From Eledone cirrhosa (Eukaryota), in NCBI GenBank assembly GCA_964016885.1, contig OZ024745.1, forward strand, positions 64,728,001 to 64,792,000: a stretch of DNA of 64,000 bases, in the 5' to 3' direction. The notes under the pieces are model-generated. The model did not search any database, was not told the DNA's origin, and worked only from the letters and a program-made list of their open reading frames with translations. The position numbers and the translations under genes were made by a program. Within the stretch, counting starts at the first letter, position 1, and every line of letters begins with the position of its first letter. Below are positions 57,201 to 64,000 of the stretch, in pieces.

Positions 57201-60200
57201 TCCATTTTTTATTTGGGTGATCCATTTTTTATTTGGGTGATCCATTTTTTATTTCGGTGATCCATTTTTTATTTGGGTGATCCATTTTTTATTTGGGGGA
57301 TCCATTTTTTATTTGGGTGATCCATTTTTTATTTGGGTGATCCATTTTTTATTTGAGGGATCCATTTTATATTTGGGTGATCCATTTTTTATTTGGGTGA
57401 TCCATTTTTTATTTGGGTGATCCATTTTTTATTTGGGGGATCTATTTTTTATTTGGGGGATCCATTTTTTATTTGGGTGATCCATTTTTTATTTGGGGGA
57501 TCCATTTTTTATTTGGGTGATCCGTTTTTTATTTGGGGGATCCATTTTTTATTTCGGGGATCCATTTTTTATTTGGGTGATCCATTTTTTTATTTGGGGG
57601 TCCATTTTTTATTTGGGTGATCCATTTTTTATTTGGGTGATCCATTTTTTATTTGGGGGATCCATTTTTTATTTGGGTCATCCATTTTTTATTTGGGGGA
57701 TCCATTTTTTATTTGGGGGATCCATTTTTTATTTTGTGTGATCCATTTTTTATTAGGGGGATCCATTTTTTATTTGGGTGATCCATTTTTATTTGTAGAT
57801 CCATTTTTTATTTGGGTGATCCATTTTTTAATTGGATGATGCATTTTTTATTTGGGGGATCCATTTTTTGTTTGGGGGATCCATTATTTATTTGGGTGAT
57901 CCATTTTTTATTTGGGTGATCCATTTTTTATTTGGGGGATCCATTTTTTATTTGGGTGATCCATTTTTTATTTGGGTGATCCATTTTGTAATTGGGGGAT
58001 CCATTTTTTATTTAGTTGATCCATTTTTTAATTGGGTGATCCATTTTTTATTTGGGGGATCCATTTTTTATTTGGGGGATCCATTTTTTATTTGGGGGAT
58101 CCATTGTTTATTTGGGTGATCCATTTTTTATTTGGGTGATCCATTTTTTATTTGGGGGATCCATTTTTTATTTGGGGGATCCATTTTTTATTTGGGTGAT
58201 CCATTTTTTATTTGGGTGATCCATTTTTTATTTGGGTGATCCATTTTTTATTTGGGGGATCCATTTTTTATTTGGGTGATCCATTTTTTATTTGGGTGAT
58301 ACATTTTTTATTTGGGGGATCCATTTTTTATTTGGGTGATCCATTTCTTATTTGGGGGATCCATTTTTTATTTGGGGGATCCATTTTTTATTTGGGTGAT
58401 CCATTTTTTATTTGGGTGATCCATTTTTTATTTGGGGGGATCCATTTTTAATTTGGGTGATCCATTTTTTATTTGGGGGATCCATTTTTTATTTGGGTGA
58501 TCCATTTTTTATTTGGGTGATCCATTTTTATTTGTAGATCCATTTTTTATTTGGGTGATCCATTTTTTAATTGGATGATCCATTTTTTATTTGGGGGATC
58601 CATTTTTTATTTGGGGGATCCATTATTTATTTGGGTGATCCATTTTTTATTTGGGTGATCCATTTTTTATTCGGGGGATCCATTTTTTATTTGGGTGATC
58701 CATTTTTTATTTGGGTGATCCATTTTTTAATTGGGGATCCATTTTTTATTTGAGGGATCCATTTTATATTTGGGTGATCCATTTTTTATTTGGGTGATCC
58801 ATTTTTTATTTGGGGGATCCATTTTTTATTTGGGGGATCCATTTTTTATTTGGGGGATCCATTTTTTATTTGGGGGATCCATTTTTTATTTCGGGGATCC
58901 ATTTTTTATTTGGGTGATCCATTTTTTTTATTTGGGGGTCCATTTTTTATTTGGGTGATCCATTTTTTATTTGGGTGATCCATTTTTTAATTGGGTGATC
59001 CATCTTTATTTGGGTGATCCATTTTTTACTTGGGGGATCCATTTTTTATTTGGGTGATCCATTTTTTATTTTGATGATTCATTTTTTATTTGGGTGATCC
59101 ATTTTTTATTTGGGGGATCCATTTTTTATTTGGGTGAACCATTTTTTATTTGGGGGATCCATCTTTTATTTGGGTGATCCATTTTTTATTTGGGTGATCC
59201 ATTTTTTATTTGGGGGATCCATTTTTTATTTGGGTGATCCATTTTTTATTTGGGTGATCCATTTTTTATTTGGGGGATCCATTTTTTATTTGGGGGATCC
59301 ATTTTTTATTTGGGTGATCCATTTTTATTTGGAGATCCATTTTGTATTTGGGTGATCCATTTTTTAATTGGGTGATCCATTTTTTATTTGGGTGATCCAT
59401 TTTTTATTTGGGGGATCCATTTTTTATTTGGGGGATCCATTATTTATTTGGGTGATCCATTTTTTATTTGGGTGATCCATTTTTTATTTGGGTGATCCAT
59501 TTTTTATTTCGGTGATCCATTTTTTATTTGGGTGATCCATTTTTTATTTGGGGGATCCATTTTTTATTTGGGTGATCCATTTTTTATTTGGGTGATCCAT
59601 TTTTTATTTGAGGGATCCATTTTATATTTGGGTGATCCATTTTTTATTTGGGTGATCCATTTTTTATTTGGGTGATCCATTTTTTATTTGGGGGATCTAT
59701 TTTTTATTTGGGGAATCCATTTTTTATTTGGGTGATCCATTTTTTATTTGGGGGATCCATTTTTTATTTGGGTGATCCGTTTTTTATTTGGGGGATCCAT
59801 TTTTTATTTCGGGGATCCATTTTTTATTTGGGTGATCCATTTTTTTATTTGGGGGTCCATTTTTTATTTGGGTGATCCATTTTTTATTTGGGTGATCCAT
59901 TTTTTATTTGGGGGATCCATTTTTTATTTGGGTCATCCATTTTTTATTTGGGGGATCCATTTTTTATTTGGGGGATCCATTTTTTATTTTGTGTGATCCA
60001 TTTTTTATTAGGGGGATCCATTTTTTATTTGGGTGATCCATTTTTATTTGTAGATCCATTTTTTATTTGGGTGATCCATTTTTTAATTGGATGATCCATT
60101 TTTTATTTGGGGGATCCATTTTTTGTTTGGGGGATCCATTATTTATTTGGGTGATCCATTTTTTATTTGGGTGATCCATTTTTTATTTGGGGGATCCATT

Positions 60201-63200
60201 TTTTATTTGGGTGATCCATTTTTTATTTGGGTGATCCATTTTTTAATTGGGGGATCCATTTTTTATTTAGTTGATCCATTTTTTAATTGGGTGATCCATT
60301 TTTTATTTGGGGGATCCATTTTTTATTTGGGGGATCCATTTTTTATTTGGGGGATCCATTGTTTATTTGGGTGATCCATTTTTTATTTGGGTGATCCATT
60401 TTTTATTTGGGGGATCCATTTTTTATTTGGGGGATCCATTTTTTATTTGGGTGATCCATCTTTTATTTGGGTGATCCATTTTTTATTTGGGTGATCCATT
60501 TTTTATTTGGGGGATCCATTTTTTATTTGGGTGATCCATTTTTTATTTGGGTGATACATTTTTTATTTGGGGGATCCATTTTTTATTTGGGTGATCCATT
60601 TTTTATTTGGGGGATCCATTTTTTATTTGGGTGATCCATTTTTTATTTGGGTGATCCATTTTTTATTTGGGGGGATCCATTTTTAATTTGGGTGATCCAT
60701 TTTTTATTTGGGGGATCCATTTTTTATTTGGGTGATCCATTTTTTATTTGGGGGATCCATTTTTTATTTGGGTGATCCATTTTTTATTTGGGTGATCCAT
60801 TTTTTAATTGGGTGATCCATTTTTTATTTGGGGGATCCATTTTTTATTTGGGTGATCCATTTTTTATTTGGGTGGTCCATTTTTTATTTGGGTGATCCAT
60901 TTTTTATTTGGGGGATCCATTTTTTATTTGGGTGATCCATTTTTTATTTGGGGATCCATTTTTTATTTGGGTGATCCATTTTTTATTTGGGTGATCCATT
61001 TTTTATTTGGGGGATCCATTTTTTATTTGGGTGATCCATTTTTAATTTGGGGGTCCATTTTTTATTTGGGGGATCCATTTTTATTTGGGTGATCCATTTT
61101 TTATTTGGGGGATCCATTTTTTATTTGGGTGATCCATTTTTTATTTGGGTTGATCCCTTTTTTATTTGGGGGTTCCATTTTTTATTTGGGTGATCCATTT
61201 TTTATTTGGGGGATCCATTTTTTATTTGGGGGATCCATTTTTTATTTGGTTGATCCATTTTTTATTAGGGGGATCCATTTTTTATTTGGGTGATCCATTT
61301 TAATTTGGAGATCCATTTTTTGTTTAGGTGATCCATTTTATAATTGGGTGATCCATTTTTTATTTGGGGGATCCATTTTTTATTTGGGGGATCCATTATT
61401 TATTTGGGTGATCCATTTTTTATTTGGGTGATCCATTTTTTATTTGGGTGATCCATTTTTTATTTGGGTGATCCATTTTTTATTTGGGTGATCCATTTTT
61501 TATTTGGGGGATCCATTTTTTATTTGGGTGATCCATTTTTTATTTGGGTGATCCATTTTTTATTTGAGGGATCCATTTTATATTTGGGTGATCCATTTTT
61601 TATTTGGGTGATCCATTTTTTATTTGGGGGATCCATTTTTTATTTGGGGGATCCATTTTTTATTTGGGGGATCCATTTTTTATTTGGGGGATCCATTTTT
61701 TATTTGGGGGATCCATTTTTTATTTCGGGGATCCATTTTTTATTTGGGTGATTCATTTTTTATTTGGGGGATCCATTTTTTATTTGGGTGATCCATTTTT
61801 TTTATTTGGGGGTCCATTTTTTATTTGGGTGATCCATTTTTTATTTGGATGATCCATTTTTTAATTGGGTGATCCATTTTTATTTGGGTGATCCATTTTT
61901 TACTTGGGGGATCCATTTTTTATTTGGGTGATCCATTTTTTATTTTGCTGATTCATTTTTTATTTGGGTGATCCATTTTTTATTTGGGGGATCCATTTTT
62001 TATTTGGGTGAACCATTTTTTATTTGGGAGATCCATTTTTTATTTGGGTGATCCATTTTTTATTTGGGTGATCCACTTTTTATTTGGGGGATCAATTTTT
62101 TATTTGGGTGATCCATTTTTTATTTGGGTGATCCATTTTTTATTTGGGGGATCCATTTTTTATTTCGGGGATCCATTTTTTATTTGGGTGATCCATTTTT
62201 ATTTGGAGATCCATTTTTTATTTGGGGGGGTCCATTTTTTATTTGGGGGATCCATTTTTATTTGGGTGATCCATTTTTTATTTGGGGGATCCATTTTTTA
62301 TTTGGGTGATCCCTTTTTTATTTGGGGGATCCATTTTTTATTTGGGTGATCCATTTTTTATTTGGGGGATCCATTTTTTATTTGGGGGATTCATTTTTTA
62401 TTTGGGTGATCCATTTTTTATTAGGGGGATCCATTTTTTATTTGGGTGATCCATTTTTTATTTGGGTGATCCATTTTTTATTTGGGTGATCCATTTTTTA
62501 TTTGGGTGATCCATTTTTTATTTGGGGGATCCATTTTTTATTTGGGTGATCCATTTTTTATTTGGGGGATCCATTTTTTATTTGGGTGATCCATTTTTTA
62601 TTTCGGGGATCCATTTTTTATTTCGGGGATCCATTTTTTATTTGGGTGATTCATTTTTTATTTGGGGGATCCATTTTTTATTTTGGGTGATCCATTTTTT
62701 ATTAGGGGGATCCATTTTTTATTTGGGTGATCCATTTTTATTTGTAGATCCATTTTTTATTTGGGTGATCCATTTTTTAATTGGATGATCAATTTTTTAT
62801 TTGGGGGATCCATTTTTTATTTGGGGGATCCATTATTTATTTGGGTGATCCATTTTTTATTTGGGTGATCCATTTTTTATTCGGGGGATCCATTTTTTAT
62901 TTGGGTGATCCATTTTTTATTTGCGTGATCCATTTTTTAATTGGGGATCCATTTTTTATTTAGTTGATCCACTTTTTAATTGGGTGATGCATTTTTTATT
63001 TGGGGGAACCATTTTTTATTTGGGGGATCCATTTTTTATTTGGGGGATCCATTGTTTATTTGGGTGATCCATTTTTTATTTGGGTGATCCATTTTTTATT
63101 TGGGGGATCCATTTTGTATTTGGGTGATCCATTTTTTATTTGGGTGATCCATTTTTTATTTGGGTGATCCATTTTTTATTTGTGGGATCCATTTTTTATT

Positions 63201-64000
63201 TGGGTGATCCATTTTTTATTTGGGGGATCCTTTTTTTATTTGGGTGATCCATTTTTTATTTGGGTGATCCATTTTTTATTTGGGGGATCCATTTTTTATT
63301 TGGGTGATCCATTTTTTATTTGGGTGATCCATTTTTTATTTGGGGGATCCATTTTTTATTTGGGTGATCCATTTTTTATTTGGGGGATCCATTTTTTATT
63401 TGGGGGATCCATTTTTTATTTGGGTGATCCATTTTTTATATGGGTGATCCATTTTTTATTTGGGGGGATCCATTTTTAATTTGGGTGATCCATTTTTTAT
63501 TTGGGGGATCCATTTTTTATTTGGGTGATCCATTTTTTATTTGGGGGATCCATTTTTTATTTGGGTGATCCATTTTTTATTTGGGTGATCAATTTTTTAA
63601 TTGGGTGATCCATTTTTTATTTGGGGGATCCATTTTTTATTTGGGTGATCCATTTTTTAGTTGGGTGGTCCATTTTTTATTTGGGTGATCCATTTTTTAT
63701 TTGGGGGATCCATTTTTTATTTGGGTGATCCATTTTTTATTTGGGGATCCATTTTTTATTTGGGTGATCCATTTTTTATTTGGGTGATCCATTTTTTATT
63801 TGGGGGATCCATTTTTTATTTGGGTGATCCATTTTTTATTTGGGGATCCATTTTTTATTTGGGTGATCCATTTTTTATTTGGGTGATCCATTTTTTATTT
63901 GGGGGATCCATTTTTTATTTGGGTGATCCATTTTTTATTTGGGGGTCCATTTTATATTTGGGGGATCCATTTTTATTTGGGTGATCCATTTTTTATTTGG
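54272..64000 (+). repeat. Copy 2 of the 53,022-bp-offset duplication (truncated by the window end)
   Basis: Matches 1250-10978. The only differences I noticed are 62094 A vs 9072 C and 63008 A vs 9986 T. Confidence 0.95.

Larger units (their letters stand above)
1..64000 (+). repeat. 20-bp satellite tandem array, consensus CCATTTTTTATTTGGG[T/G]GAT, about 3,200 monomers, single orientation
   Basis: Every 60-nt line consists of three monomers. No non-repeat insertion or inversion was seen. Deviations are single substitutions or 1-2 nt indels, mostly in the T or G runs. Confidence 0.99.

Noticed and set aside
32-63984. Many 60-141 aa + strand ORFs of GDPFFIWVIHFLFGGSIFYL repeats resembling hydrophobic membrane peptides
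   Set aside because: Three 20-bp monomers give a 20-aa repeat. The main + strand stop (TGA) exists only in T-type monomers, so an ORF appears wherever every third monomer happens to be G-type. Starts are TTG/GTG inside the repeat, ORFs overlap in different frames, and frameshifting indels are freely tolerated. The minus strand has TAA in nearly every monomer, hence no ORFs there.
1-64000. CRISPR array or repeat-spacer system
   Set aside because: Monomers abut directly with no unique spacers, leader or cas genes.
1-64000. Telomerase-made telomeric tract (G/T-rich strand, TTATTTGGG, occasional TTAGGG)
   Set aside because: Ordered variants copied in kb-scale blocks indicate recombinational amplification rather than templated addition. 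TTAGGG occurs only as a rare point variant. A subtelomeric or telomerase-independent terminal location cannot be excluded from this window.
1-64000. Hairpin, terminator or cruciform from ATCCA...TGG(G/A)T within the monomer and the GGATCC palindrome
   Set aside because: Stems are only 3-5 bp with a 9-nt loop, too weak to call, and there is no transcription unit.
1-64000. Promoter, Shine-Dalgarno or polyadenylation motifs (TATAAT in TTTTATAATT variants, GGAGG variants, AATAAA on the minus strand)
   Set aside because: These are incidental products of the monomer or its one-base variants, with no associated gene.
1-64000. Pure sequencing artefact or synthetic concatemer
   Set aside because: Variants are hierarchically shared between distant blocks in a manner consistent with descent, which random errors would not produce. 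The copy number of the youngest duplications still needs read validation.
1-64000. Plasmid iterons or a replication origin (iteron-like length, GATC-rich)
   Set aside because: Iteron clusters have a handful of copies beside a rep gene. Here there are thousands of copies and no gene.

Overview
The whole 64-kb window is one uninterrupted, head-to-tail tandem array of a 20-bp monomer, consensus CCATTTTTTATTTGGG[T/G]GAT (about 3,200 copies, all in one orientation, running off both ends). I found no credible gene, RNA gene, mobile element, CRISPR spacer or unique sequence. All listed ORFs are read-throughs of the repeat. This looks like eukaryotic-type satellite DNA, but organism and chromosomal location cannot be determined from the sequence. 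The information lies in the variants. A binary T/G dimorphism and a fixed order of rare variant monomers reveal a nested hierarchy of higher-order repeats: 20 bp, about 1.3 kb, about 3.1-3.5 kb, about 16 kb, and a very young 53,022-bp duplication. Superimposed are many in-register local duplications (80, 300, 457, 537, 540, 815, 1417, about 2136, about 2255-2295, about 3070-3130, about 5228-5248 and 5853 bp) whose order of occurrence can be partly reconstructed. Offsets come from the ORF track and manual marker matching, and block boundaries are approximate.
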